A DNA stretch of 64,000 nucleotides, from positions 1-64,000 of the forward strand of contig JAKMXF010000020.1 of assembly GCA_024704765.1 (NCBI GenBank), written 5' to 3'. Below the pieces are notes generated by a model that was given only the letters and a program-made list of their open reading frames with translations, had not been told where the DNA came from and ran no database searches. The translations under genes were made by a program, and so were the position numbers. Below are positions 39,009-51,576 of the stretch, piece after piece (position 1 is the stretch's first letter; each line of letters starts with the position of its first letter). Origin of the DNA: Oopsacas minuta. Lineage: Eukaryota > Animalia > Porifera.

Positions 39009-39063
39009 ATACCTCGAAGCGCAATGCGCCGAGTTCATCGCGAAGCGACGAGCCAAAGGCTCG
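39009..39063 (+). mobile_element. Helitron-family 3' terminus (hairpin + CTCG|T)
   Basis: atacctcgaagcgcaatgcgccgagttcatcgcgaagcgacgagccaaaggctcg|t; same family as 1879-1935 and 43813-43868. Confidence 0.6.
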
Positions 39064-42000
39064 TATTATGGATATCTAAACACAAGGGTTTGCCTAATGA
39101 GCGATGTTTATCAGGCATTGAACAAGAATCAATTTTGAATCTAATCCGAATAACTAATACAGTGCAATAGAAGTACGAGTCGAAAATTAGACACAATGAA
39201 TAATTCAAAGATCCGTAACTATCCACACATTGAAGTATAATCTAATTGTGGAAGTTCGTATTTTCAGCCATTTGTCAGTGTCCGACTTTGAATGATTTTT
39301 TAATTCTTGTGAAGTACATATGTGCTAACTTTTGTCACATACATCCCTGGACGGAAGACAAATTCCACCTGAACATTTTTGTTCAAAAGTGTCACCACCA
39401 TTAGTCTTCATAATATAATGAAGCATTTCTTAGTAGCTGTCAGTAAATATGGTTAATATCGCCGGCAGTGGTGTTTTGCAAAAAAGATGAAGTGCGATCT
39501 ATATTCAAGTTAACGGATTTCTCTGAATAAGCGGCGGGGCGCTTATTCTTCCATCGACAATTTTCGCCCAAATAATTTTTAACTAATCATCCTAATTTGT
39601 AGTATAATCAATTGTGATGTAAATTTTCAACAAAAATATTCTTCTAGAGGGGGGTGATAAATAATTTTTGGAGCTAATTTCTAGCACCCGGCTCTTATTT
39701 AAGGAAATAGGGTGAACCTCTTCTTAACAAACATTGGCGAAAACAGCCCCAGGAAAGAGATAGGTATCCGCACCTTGGCCCCCTGACCCCCTAAAAACAC
39801 TAATTGTCGGAGTGAATTTGTCCAGTTTAGGACTATTGAAATCTGGCAACCCTATGGACAGTCAATATTTATGGTGATTGCAGTGCTATTTCATTTGCAT
39901 AATAAGATTAACTAATGACTAGAGTGGACAATTTTCAGATACCTCAGTATCATACATAATAATTGCTAAACATGACTAATTTATTCGTAGAATATATTAT
40001 GAATTAGAAAGATAATTAGTATTTGTAAACTGGAACGAAGAATCGTCAAATGTCTCATTATTGGCTGTCAAGCAAATATCTCTAACATTTATAATGTTTC
40101 CAATGATTGATAATGACCATAAGGAAAAACAAACCTTTTTCATCAGGTAGTCTGGTACTTGGATGGAAGCAACCTGCTAGCTTGAGCATCAGATTGGTAG
40201 CAATTGAATATATGAAATTAAGATTTTCTCAGTTAAACAGTTAGATAGCTTATTAGCATAAAACTACAATAATACAAAACTAGCAGTATAAATGCTTATA
40301 TAACGTCCTAAGGTTAGAAGCCAGCCAGAATCAGTGGAGCTATTTAGATAATATTACAGACAAAGGACACACTAACATAACATAAATATTATATTATAAT
40401 TAGTATACATTTAGCTTCAGTATTGAGTAGATTGTGAAGTAGTTAGAAATGCAAATATAGAACCAAAATATCTAATTACTTAATTAATTAAAGATTAATT
40501 GTTACCAAGAATAGAAATATAATCAGAAGTGACAGGTAAATGCTCGTCCTCCCAGCAATAAATTGTATTACTACTATATTCTCATATTTCGTGCATATTG
40601 CGTAGAATATCGATTCATCCTAATTATCATCATAGCATGAGTATATTTACAGTATAACTGTTATAAGAAAGATGACCAACATTTGGAGAGTAATAGATGG
40701 ATCTAAGCTAGGGTTTGATTATTACCAAATCTTTATGATTACAGGAAATATTGTAATCGATTACGAAGTAATCATAATCCACCACAAGCCTGTATTTAGA
40801 ATCATAGTGATTTCAGGACGGAAGGGTAAAATTCTAAATTGTTTCACTAGTAGGGGATATTCAGAATATATCCATTATCTCTTGATTGAATGATATACGT
40901 ATATGTTATGTTGATTTTCTCTACTCGTCGAGACTCTCCCATGAATTTAGAACAAAACATCTGAAAATACAATTAAGAGATTCTTCGCTAAATTCCAGAA
41001 AGCAACTAGATATCGCTTCAAAACAGCCAGAGCAACAACTAGGAGCTAGGAGGTAGTTTTATTGGTTGATTTTGCATAATCGACATAACATATATCTTAT
41101 CAAGTGTTGTTAACGGAAAATGCCACTAAAGTTCATTTACATAACTCACAAGCTATGATAAAATATGTTAGTTATGTAAATAGTATTCATTAGCAAACTA
41201 TATAGCTATATAATGTACACACGTATAAGAATGTTGAAGCCCATAATAATCTAAATTTCTTCCAGGATCGAGAGAATATTCTTAGAACGGGATACTAAAT
41301 AATAAAATGTCCAGCTAACCAGCTCATGGTTATATGTTTGTGTTCTTTGACTATCAGTTGAAACGAAATCTCTAGCATGTTTTGAACAGTATGCAAAAAT
41401 ATGTGACAATATGATTGATCATATGAAAAATCATGTAGATATAGATTTGAAAATGTAAAATTCGAAATCTACATACTCAATTACCCCTGACTAGCAGTTA
41501 AAACCAAATTCCTAGCATCATTGATGTTCGAATTATCTTGGGTGGATTTATATGCATTATTTATATCTTATCAATGAAATAATCAAATAGTTTACCTATA
41601 GTAGAAGTTAGAATGATCGAACTGTACTAATAGTATAATACCATTCACAGGGAAATTCGAGTTTGTTCGAATTAACGGTGGTCGACTGTATATACATAAT
41701 AGCGAACCTCTACAGGGCGTAAATAACCTTTGTAAAGTGGGGGAGCCCCGAGAGCTCATTACTAACTGACCATTTAGGTGTCTATTGATGGTACAAAAAC
41801 AGGGGGCTTAACCCCCTCACCCTATTCTACTCCCTTGCTCAAACAATCATTTGTCTATGTTGCATAATACTCATTTGTAATGTCTGAAAGTATGGGTAAA
41901 TTAATAAGGAATATAGCGTGTAGAATACATCATTAAATATTTTCCCAGAATTATCGCCTCCCATTAGGTATTAGAACTGTTAGAATGTGATAATAATATA

Positions 42001-42113
42001 ATTAAGTATAATTGAGTAATTGTTCAATTATTAACTGAATTATTAATTAATTATAATTATGGAATAGGTTAGGAAACAGGTTTCTGCGGACACGTTACGT
42101 AATTCGTATGTAG

Positions 42114-43637
42114 ATCCAGGAGGTACCAGTAAAGTATCTCCAATCGAATCCAATTTGGCGATATATTCACGATCAAGGAATAGATTGGCGGACCCAGAGA
42201 GGAGGTGGAAAATCATCCAATCCTTGTCGGAGATGTGGACTTTATTCCTCTCGCAACAATCTCAAGGAAGCCCCATTTGAACTGCTCTGTAGTAGTCCCA
42301 ATAGAATAGAAGATATCGCCTGTCTTATTCCAGATAGATTTTTCAATTTATGTACTACCTAAACAAGTGAAAAGCTTAGAATAATAGGTCCAGGCATCGG
42401 AGTTATATCAGGGCAGTATTATCCATAGGGCACTAGAGAACTATCTTCAGGCCTACGAAAGGTTAGTGGCCATGAAAGTAAGGGGCCTAAATATATACAG
42501 TGTAACTCGGATAATACGTACCCCTTCGGGAAACACAAATTAATACATACTTACTATCATAGTATACGTCATATACGAATATGAATTGTATTAAAATGAA
42601 TGGGAACTAATTTTTTGTATGAAAGAGATAGTAAGTATTCACTGAGTGTAAGTCTTATAAGTAAATCTTAGTAAAAAAGTGCGTCAGGCCTACTATGGTA
42701 CTAATCTGGCCCTGATATATATATTGGCAGTACTTTCAAAGAATGCTCGCCAGTTGACCTGGAATTAGGCTTGGACAAATTCAGTTGTCTCAACTCTCAC
42801 GATTTTGAGTCTACAAATACTGCATAATTCCTGGTCATTTCATAGAAACCTAATACTAAATTGGAAATCCCACTATAGAAGCGTTAGATTTTTGTTTTAT
42901 GTGCCACTTTAGACACATTTTGAAGGTGTTTACATGCAAACAACTCATCCAGTTTGAATCGAAACGATTTTTTTAGTGTTAGTAATCAGCGAAAGATTTT
43001 ACGTATCTTAAGTCGAATGTGTTCTGGAAAATTTTTCCATAGCAACACAAGAATGCTCAGGAAAATGAGAAAATGGCAAGATTCTATTCTCAAATTTGTC
43101 CTAAACCTATCGAGTGACCCCTTGTCGACGCCGCTAGACTAGCTGAGTCTAGTTATGCACATACAGACCCTCTAAATGAACTTGAATAAGATTTTATGGT
43201 TGATTGCCACAAACCAATAAATGTGATAGATTGAAACAATCAATCTACTTCACACTACATAGAATATCATTTATCTCCATGCAAATGCGATAATCTTCAA
43301 TCAGGGGCACCGAATTTTCAAAAAAATTGGACCGATCCAGGGGGCTCACACATATATTTTGTATTAGTTCTATGGGGCTGTAACTAAAATTCGTATTTAA
43401 AGATAATTATCCTTGTTTTATTTATTTATTCACGAGGTTCCCCTGTATTTATACTTAGAACACGATGTACGTATAGTATTTTTTAGTTTTATGATACATG
43501 TTATTTAGGCGAGGAGTAGAATAGATAATCCGTCAGCTGGAGGAATATTATGTGAATCCTTTACCCAAGATGCCTGGATTGGTACTCACACGTATTTCAA
43601 TGGGGAACTGTATGAAATAAGACAAATGTCTGTATAG
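42114..43637 (+). CDS. Possible 3' exons of an unidentified spliced gene
   Basis: AG-bounded open frame 42114-42361. Exon 42388-42477 (90 nt, AG…GTAAGG) splices in phase to 43509-43637, which ends in TAG: VQASELYQGSIIHRALENYLQAYERLVAMK|ARSRIDNPSAGGILCESFTQDAWIGTHTYFNGELYEIRQMSV*. No family recognised, and the first junction is not resolved. Confidence 0.35.
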
Positions 43638-43765
43638 TAAAGAATATATACCCTAGAATACTTTATTATACCAAGTTACGATGATTATAACTAGTAGGCG
43701 ACACATTCGGTAAATTTCACTTTGGTCGGGTCGTGCATCCCTGGTCCAAAATCCATAATCAGTTG

Positions 43766-45872
43766 TGAGGCCTTGTGTACCTAATTTGTCGTATAGCTCA
43801 TTAGAGGAAATACGAGCAAAGGCTCATCGCTTCGCGATGAACTCGGCACATTGCGCGTCGAGGTATTTAAGCGGACAAACAAACAGCCAAAAAAACAATT
43901 GAGATTTAATAATTTGATGATGTTTAAAATATTTAGACTCAGCATACTTGATTATACCAGTATAGTTGTTGAAAGTATGATTCTACCTCAATATTGAAAT
44001 TTGTTTACTTTATATATTCATAAAAACAACACTAAATTTACATATGATTAATCCAAAAGTGTGAAAATCGGATTCAGCATGTTCGATATATTTAGTGAAG
44101 TTTATTGAATTCTATTTACTTCCTTGATAAACACGATAAATACATAGTTATGTGACAATTTCAAAATTGCATAACGTAAATCCTTTCCTTGACAACGGAC
44201 AAACAAACAAACAAACAAACAAACAAACAGACAAACAACATTTGAGATTTAATAATATAGATTTATGGCGCGAAAAAAGCTTTCATGATAATGGAGTCCC
44301 TTATGACTTTAATCAGCCATTTGTAGTATATTTTTCACACTTTCTGAGGTTGTTCTTCAACAACAATAATTCATTTTTGGAAATACGTGGTAGTAATTTG
44401 AGGTTCATGCCAGCGCCAATTGTCTAGAAAAGTTTACCATTGAGACTAGTGACTGTTATATAAGATAATACAGGACAGTAATTAAGAATGGCCATCACCC
44501 AAGGAACTTGTTAAAGGTGAACTTTATGTATGGACGTTAGAAAAATGAAGTTGCCGTATATAGATGTTGTCACCCTAGTAGACAGGTTTAGTGTCAGCAA
44601 GAGCCTAATAATGGTGGCCACTGGCCGCGTAGAGCAGGTGGCCGCAATACAGAAGTCATTATAAAGGGAAATGGTTTAGGACTATTTTAGGGGGCCGCTA
44701 AATCCAACCTAGAGGCGATAGTTCAATGTTGAGACCTGAAATTCAGTATAGTCTAATACTCTAATGATTATTCATATTATTTAAATCAAAACAATATGTA
44801 AAGAAAAAGGTATCAAATATCAGTATGACACATACAAATTCATAGTAAGTACATTGAAAATATGACAATTTAGCAACGTTGCGTCAAATGACAAGATAGA
44901 GAGCTAATACGCATATAATTAGACTCAGCTAGTAGTGCGGCGTCGAATAGTGGGTCACTCGATAGGGTTAGGGCAAATTTTGAGATGGAATGTTATCACA
45001 TTCCTGAGGAAATTTTGCGTTGCTATGGGGAAAAAGTGTTGCAGTGATGACTTGAACGACGGGAAATTTTACACTGATCATGAATATCCGTAAAATATTG
45101 GATTAAATCAAAATTGTGGCCGTTAGATTTAAGTTAACACCTTCAAAATATGTCGCTTAAGTGGTCAATTGTAGCCGACAATTGAAATTGGAGTTGGCAT
45201 CATATCCAAAAGTGGACCATTTGTATTGAGGAACAACCTCAGAAAGTATGAAAATTCTATGTACAAATACATGATTATGCCATAAGTTCTTACTGTATGC
45301 AACAAGGTGCGAAAATATGATTATTGATATGATGAATCTGTGAATTTGTAACTTTCAGATTCTGAAATTCTCAAAATCGGACTCTACGCACCCAATTACC
45401 CTGACAACATGTTGAAACTTAATATCCAGCTTGCTTTTGTATTTTACATAGAAAGGTGTGAAAATATGATTAATCACCAAAAAGGTGAGAAATATTCAAC
45501 TTTAGAAAAAATTCATACCCGAGGTGCTAATCCGACCAAAAATGTATATGTACGTATGACAAATTTTTTTAAAGATATATTTCTAGTAACCTTTAACACC
45601 GCGGGTTTACAAATAGTTGAATTCACGCCTGACAAGTGTGCCATAAATAATATTGAAGAATTTAATGAACCCACTACCACGTATTTCCAAAAATGAATTA
45701 TTGTTGTTGAAGAACAACCTCAGAAAGTGTGAAAATTCTATCTAAAAATGCATGATTAAAGTCATAAGCGACTCCAATATCATGAAAGTTTGATTCGGGC
45801 ATAAATATTTCCTCTAATGAGCTGTAGGACAAATTAGGTTGCTACGTAGCCTATTATACACATAAGGCCTCA
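43766..45872. mobile_element. Element with long inverted arms, disrupted by later insertions
   Basis: 43766-43812 joined to 44262-44420 is the reverse complement of 45655-45872 once the Helitron at 43813-44261 is removed. A second inverted pair is 42890-43160 / 44910-45170. Confidence 0.5.
43813..44261 (-). mobile_element. Non-autonomous Helitron, 449 bp, inserted at A|T without TSD
   Basis: The element strand starts A|TCTATATTATTAAATCTC…(GTTT)n and ends hairpin…CTCG|T. The flanks rejoin to match the partner inverted arm at 45790-45840. The 5' ~250 bp is near-identical to 56855-57085. Confidence 0.75.
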
Positions 45873-46274
45873 AGTTCGAATAAGGCAGAGAAACACTATT
45901 TTAGGGTCTACATTAAATACATATCCTTGGTATTTCAAAGAAAACTAACACAAAATCTTACATTTCACAATCGAACCGTGAGATTTTTCACTAACCTCAC
46001 GAAATATATAGCCGGATATACGGTACAGCTCTACAGAAAACGTTAATAGGAAGTGTAAACACGATGGGATGACAACCAGGGCTGCAGAAATTCTGTTACA
46101 TATTCATATATATTCGGAAAAGAAATTCAACTAATGACTAGCTGCTTAAACTCGATTCGAAAAACGCTACATAATTTCGGACTGATGGGCGTCCCATTAT
46201 AGCGATTTGATTGGTGAAATTCATTATTTCTTATAAAATACCAGGATATCCTGGCCCGGTCCCTCATTGGTAGG

Positions 46275-47524
46275 CAGGGGCGTCGGAAGCTGGTATTTCA
46301 TGGGTGGATTTAATGATACTAATGCATGAATAATAACACTCAATTTAGTAATCTAGATAGTACAAATTAGAGCTTTGGCAATCTCCCCAACTTCCTTTCG
46401 CGGTGTTCAGTATTTAAGGACATTTGTAATTTTTGAAAATATAAACTGTAGTATATTCATTGGTTAAGTACTACTAGTGTAGTTGGTAATCAGCAGCCAT
46501 GAAACAAATGGAAAATTACTTTTTACAAGCTGTGGTGTTAGTAGTAAATTATTACGATACATGTGAGGTGCCAAATATACAACAAGATAATATGAAGATA
46601 TAACTTCAGCAGGCTTCAACCAAAGACTGGATGTGTGAGGTTTCTGTTGAAAAACTTCCCAACTGGCAACAACATGATAATATGAAAATAACTACAGGGT
46701 GTTTCACCAATTCTATCACAAAAATGTAATATTATTACTCAAAAACTTTAGAACCATCTGGTTCAAAATTTTGGATTTTATTCAGGAGCTTATGACATTT
46801 GTATAACGCAAAGATAGAATTGTGGAGTGATGCCCAAAGGAAAATACAGATGGTGGAGTTCTATCATTGAAATAGGTCAAATTGTAGGTGTCCCAAGCGA
46901 GTGGTGGAGGTCATTATAATGTCATCCTTGGAAGGTTGCATCAAAGTCTATAAAACAATCCCCCAATTGCAATTCTAGAACTAAAACTGAAGTTGAAGAC
47001 TTTATCTCACAAATAACGCGACTTAATCGCAAAATAATAAAGATACCATATTATTTATCCGCTTAAACACGTTATCGTAAAGGTTCTAACTTTAAACATA
47101 CTAATTCTAAAATAATTTCGTATAGTTGTATCCGTTTATGTCTTTGTTTTCATAAATGTCAAAGCAATATCTATCACATGAGACCAAGTTTATCAATTTA
47201 ACTTGGTTACGAGTTTAATTCAAGCAATTCTTTTGGTGAATGAATTGGTGAAACATCCTGTATAAACAACTATGAAGGGGGAGATAATACCCTTAAGAGG
47301 ATAACCTCCCATCGTAGTTGGTTTATTATTATTTTCAAACAAGTATCGAGAATGCCGATCCGGGGTGTAAACTATTGTAAATTATATCTCTCCTAAATTG
47401 GCAGAATGCTCTAATAAATTCGAAAATAATTTAATACCCACTCACAATTAGAGGGGGGATTATCCCCCTCTGTATAAATCATGGGGGGATAAGTACCCTC
47501 ATCCCCCCACTTCCGACGCGCCTG
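46275..47524. mobile_element. Non-autonomous hAT-type element with 8-bp TSD
   Basis: TIRs caggggcgtcggaag / cttccgacgcgcctg; perfect TSD TTGGTAGG (46267-46274, 47525-47532). Confidence 0.85.
46695..47260 (+). mobile_element. Tc1/mariner deletion derivative nested in the hAT element
   Basis: TIR cagggtgtttcaccaattc / gaattggtgaaacatcctg (1 mismatch), TA on both sides, and an MPKGK… transposase start remnant at ~46830. Confidence 0.75.
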
Positions 47525-48274
47525 TTGGTAGGGTGGGTATTGTACACTTACCCTGTTTTATTTTGTAATCACCTAGCCATTACAAATTTTTTACTTGTTC
47601 TATCAATGTATGTCCACAAAATACCCAGGTTTTGGACCCTTTGGTCACCATTGCTTATGAGCAGGAATATATTGACAGGTTACCTGTAGCAAGAAATCGT
47701 ATAAATATCATTATATTAGCTTTTCTTTTCAAATTTCCCAACGAGGCTACGACCAAGTTTCTGTCAAGCTTACCTTAACCTCTACCATATACCATAGATC
47801 CACCTTCAACTCGTAAAGATTTGTATTCATTCTCTACTTTCTACTTCTTTTTCTTCTTTACCAATTTGTCTTCAAGTTTCCTTCTTTTAGGAAGAGATAC
47901 TTCTTCGCACTCAATTACCTCAGGATCAATAATATCAACTGGAGATACACGTCTATAGTATGTTTTAGAAGCAATAGTCCTGCTCTTTGACCTTTTCTTA
48001 GCATGGAAGATTTTCGCCTTTGGTGGCTTATACCTTTTGCTAGTTTTCATTGAAGGCAGCTTTTGGGAAGGTCCTGGAATTGGAGATGGGGCGTGATGGG
48101 ATTGGAATTCCTCTGGCGGACTATAAGAGAGTCGGGTAAGAATAGGAGTGGACGAGAGATTATTATTATTTCGTTACACACAGGGCTGGAAAGATATTCT
48201 TCTGTTCCATTTCTCGTAATGAGTTTATCTAACAAAGTGAGAAATGTTAGATTCGTATAAATCTGTAAATACAT

Positions 48275-48748
48275 AGAAATGCAGATGCCTAAAATACAGG
48301 ACGTGACGTTATGGTAGCCTCCTAAATACTTAACCCCGAATGTATAACTATATGCTTCATGTATTCTGTGCTATCCCTACTTTCCCAGAATCTTAGAGCT
48401 AGTACGTGAAATATTCTGGCGGTTTAAGCGTGTGAGGATGGCCTGATAACTAATACAGTAAAACATTTGGGCCAACAAGCAATTTATGGAATTTTATAGT
48501 GTGAGGAATTAGTAAAGGGTCTTATTTCACTGGATTGGTTTACAATATACAAGCGATATACGGGCCTCAAGGGTCCCATAAATGCTAGTGGTTTAGGTCC
48601 CAAAGGGCGATCACATCGGGAGCAAGCAAAACACTCTTGAGTAGTATTTCGAGGGTAAACAGGTACGGCGTCTTATTCATAAAACATATAGTTATACACT
48701 TTGGGAGACGATTTTGGGTTACTACAACGTCACGTACTTTAGGCAACT
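48275..48748. mobile_element. Truncated inverted copy of the 32949-33538 element
   Basis: 48285-48480 is the reverse complement of 33290-33490; the outer TIRs are missing. Confidence 0.7.
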
Positions 48749-49270
48749 ACATTTTTCGTTGACAAATATAATATTTTGTGGAAATTTTTAACTTTTTATT
48801 ATCCATGGTCCATCCAAATTCCATTTAATAGCCTTCTGTGGTAATACTGGAGCTCCTACGTGGCTTTAGGTTAGTAATCTGGGCACTTAGTGTCTCGAAT
48901 ATTATGAAATTCTCAAAAAATGGGAGAATTTTGATTATTTTTGTAGTCTCGATGACGTAATAACTCCATGATGAGTTTGCATTTGGCCAGAATCATGACA
49001 TCAGGACATTTGTCACATTCAGGTATACCTGTGATTCAAACTTCAAACTTCTATCATGTATATTGGCTGAGCAGTGGTTAATAATGGGGTCCACCAGTTT
49101 CTCCAATTAATCCTGGACAACATCATAAATATATATATATATATACAGATTAATTGCGTTTTAATAGTATAGATGTGCGAATATATAAAATAGAATTTTA
49201 CCTAAGAAATATTTTAAAATAAGATCATGATATACAAAAATTATAAAAATCTATCAGAGCTCTAATTGGA

Positions 49271-50272
49271 CTAAGTTTCTGTATTTTTCCTCCTCTCTTC
49301 TAAGAATTTCCCAAATACAACAGCAAATAATCCAATTATTACAAATACACATCCTATGTACTGGAAATAGTTCAATTCTTCCCCATTAAGCATATAAGAC
49401 CCAAAGAAACAGGGAATGACTTGGAAAGGCCAGAACGCTGTGACAATAGTGGCGCTGGTTTTCGAGTTAGCCCAAGATATGAGAATAAAACACAGATTAG
49501 AAGTGATAATGATAGCATAGATAATAGCAAGCCATTCTTCTTGAGAAATAAAGAATGCTGAGGGAGTAGTAACATAGTAGAGACTGGATAAACTAATAAA
49601 TATTGAACCAGTCAAATAACTCCATGTGGTAACCCAAATAGGATGATTACGCCAATAATTCTTTGGTTTGTCAAATATAAATATTTTCTGACAAACGATA
49701 TAAACACTAGTACCCCCACTATTTAGAGTAAGAAAAATATACCCAAGCCACGGGTATTGAGAGTTAGTAGTACTTTGCGAAGTAGAGGTGAACAGAGTAA
49801 TTTCTATTGCCCCTGAGATTGCAAATAAGATCCCAGTAATTATAAACCAAGTAGAAGGTCTCCTGAAACTAGGAACATCCTCTGTACAAGTGATTATAGT
49901 TAAAATAGTAGTCCAAATGGGAATCAGTTGTTGAAAAATTGATGCAATATTTGCACCAGCGAAGCTAACACCAAGTAAGAAAAAAAATTGACTGAGAAAG
50001 ATACCACATATACCAAGTCCAACAAAGACTAAGCAATCCTTCCATTTGGGGAAACCTAACCAACCATCAGAGATCAACGCGAGTAGTACCAACACTGGGA
50101 AGCTCGACGCATCTCTTACCATACAGAATATTAAAGGGTTAAATTCACTGCCCACCCCGAGTTTCTTGGCAATTACTGGATACAAACCGAATCCAGTTTG
50201 AATGGTTAGCAACGCTAGGACAATTCGAATAAAGTTTCCTGAAGATTTTACAGATTGGAGTGCAGATTTCAT
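49271..50272 (-). CDS. EamA/DMT-superfamily transporter, WAT1/nodulin MtN21-like (intronless, ~10 TM)
   Basis: 333 aa with two hydrophobic repeats. NPLIFCMVRD, GICGIFLSQFFFLLG, ASIFQQLIPIWT and SATIVTAFWPFQ resemble WAT1-related proteins. Confidence 0.75.
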   Translation of the reverse strand: MKSALQSVKSSGNFIRIVLALLTIQTGFGLYPVIAKKLGVGSEFNPLIFCMVRDASSFPVLVLLALISDGWLGFPKWKDCLVFVGLGICGIFLSQFFFLLGVSFAGANIASIFQQLIPIWTTILTIITCTEDVPSFRRPSTWFIITGILFAISGAIEITLFTSTSQSTTNSQYPWLGYIFLTLNSGGTSVYIVCQKIFIFDKPKNYWRNHPIWVTTWSYLTGSIFISLSSLYYVTTPSAFFISQEEWLAIIYAIIITSNLCFILISWANSKTSATIVTAFWPFQVIPCFFGSYMLNGEELNYFQYIGCVFVIIGLFAVVFGKFLEERRKNTET

Positions 50273-50825
50273 TGAAAATATTCCAGCACTTAAGCTATAT
50301 AAGGGAAGTAAAATAGAAATATCGAGGACACTATTTTCATTATTGACCTAATTTCTAGTAGTATGATTTATAAGATTTATGCGCAGTGGCGGCGCTAAAG
50401 ATAGGGATAAATGGGGTTAGAGCCCCATCACTTGATGGAATTGAGAAGAGACAAACTAAGAACTATATTAGGAAAAGTATGTCATTTTAAACCTCTCTAA
50501 AACCACTTTTAGAAAAAGTATGAATTGATTTTCCGTTAATATTTAAGAAATAGGCGCCATAATGATAGTGAAAGAAGTTTATCAATCATTATGTCTTGCG
50601 ATGATAAGTATAGTACGATGTAAATGATCAAATTCTGTATAATTTTAGAGATACTAGCTCCTAGCATCAAATCTATCAAGTAGCAGCTTGGAATTTATTA
50701 TGTTTGTTATACACCCATAATTTATATTTACAAAATGTTTACGAATACCTCATAACGTTCTATTTTCATTAACACTTTCATCATCCACTTACTACTTTCA
50801 ACTACACCTTATTTTGACTATTCAG

Positions 50826-51123
50826 ATGTCCTCTCTTGTCCCAGGCTGCAGATCTAACTATTTAGACGAAGATAAATCTACCTCAATTTTCAATTTCCCC
50901 AATGACGTGCGATTACGCGAACTATGGTTCCGAGCCATTCCTCGACCACAAATATATGAAGGTATTCTATTGGAATCATTAATATATATCCCTTCCGTAT
51001 TTATAATTCCATTTGTAAATTTAGGTATGCATGGACCATTTCAGGGAAGATGACATCGAAGTGTTATATAAACATAATGATGAGCGTAATCAAGGATGTC
51101 CTCACTGTAGAAAGACTTATAAG
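50826..51123 (+). pseudogene. Degenerate THAP zinc-finger remnant (P-element/THAP-type transposase N-terminus)
   Basis: SLVPGCRSNY…IFNFPNDVRLRELWFRAIPR followed by VCMDHFREDDI in a second segment. The first Cys is lost and the two segments are out of phase. Confidence 0.6.
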
Positions 51124-51576
51124 GTAACGAAACAAATAAATACAAATAATTCAAGTTCATAATTGTAATTTTAAGAGCAAAGATGTTTTGGATCGCCACA
51201 TTATGCTTTCTCACGGTGATGTTACTCCCAAAAGACGCATGACTACATCTCTCCCACCTGTTTCTTACAAGTACCATTTATGTTTAAAAAATTCTCTCCA
51301 GTACGCATGATATCTAACCACATAAAGTATCTTCATGCCCTCGCAACTCGCCCGGGCCAGACTCGTTTTACATATATACTGAACTCAGAAGGGTTCTATG
51401 TTCTCAAAACTGACAGTATCTTTTCACAAAAATCGGTTCTTCAACCTAGAAATATAAAGTATAGTATAAGAAAGGAATATTTAAGTAAATCCTAGATCCC
51501 TCTCCCCCTCTGTGACAAGTATTTATCTCAATTTCCATAGAAAATATGTGTATATTTGTGGTTGTTTGTTTGTTTG

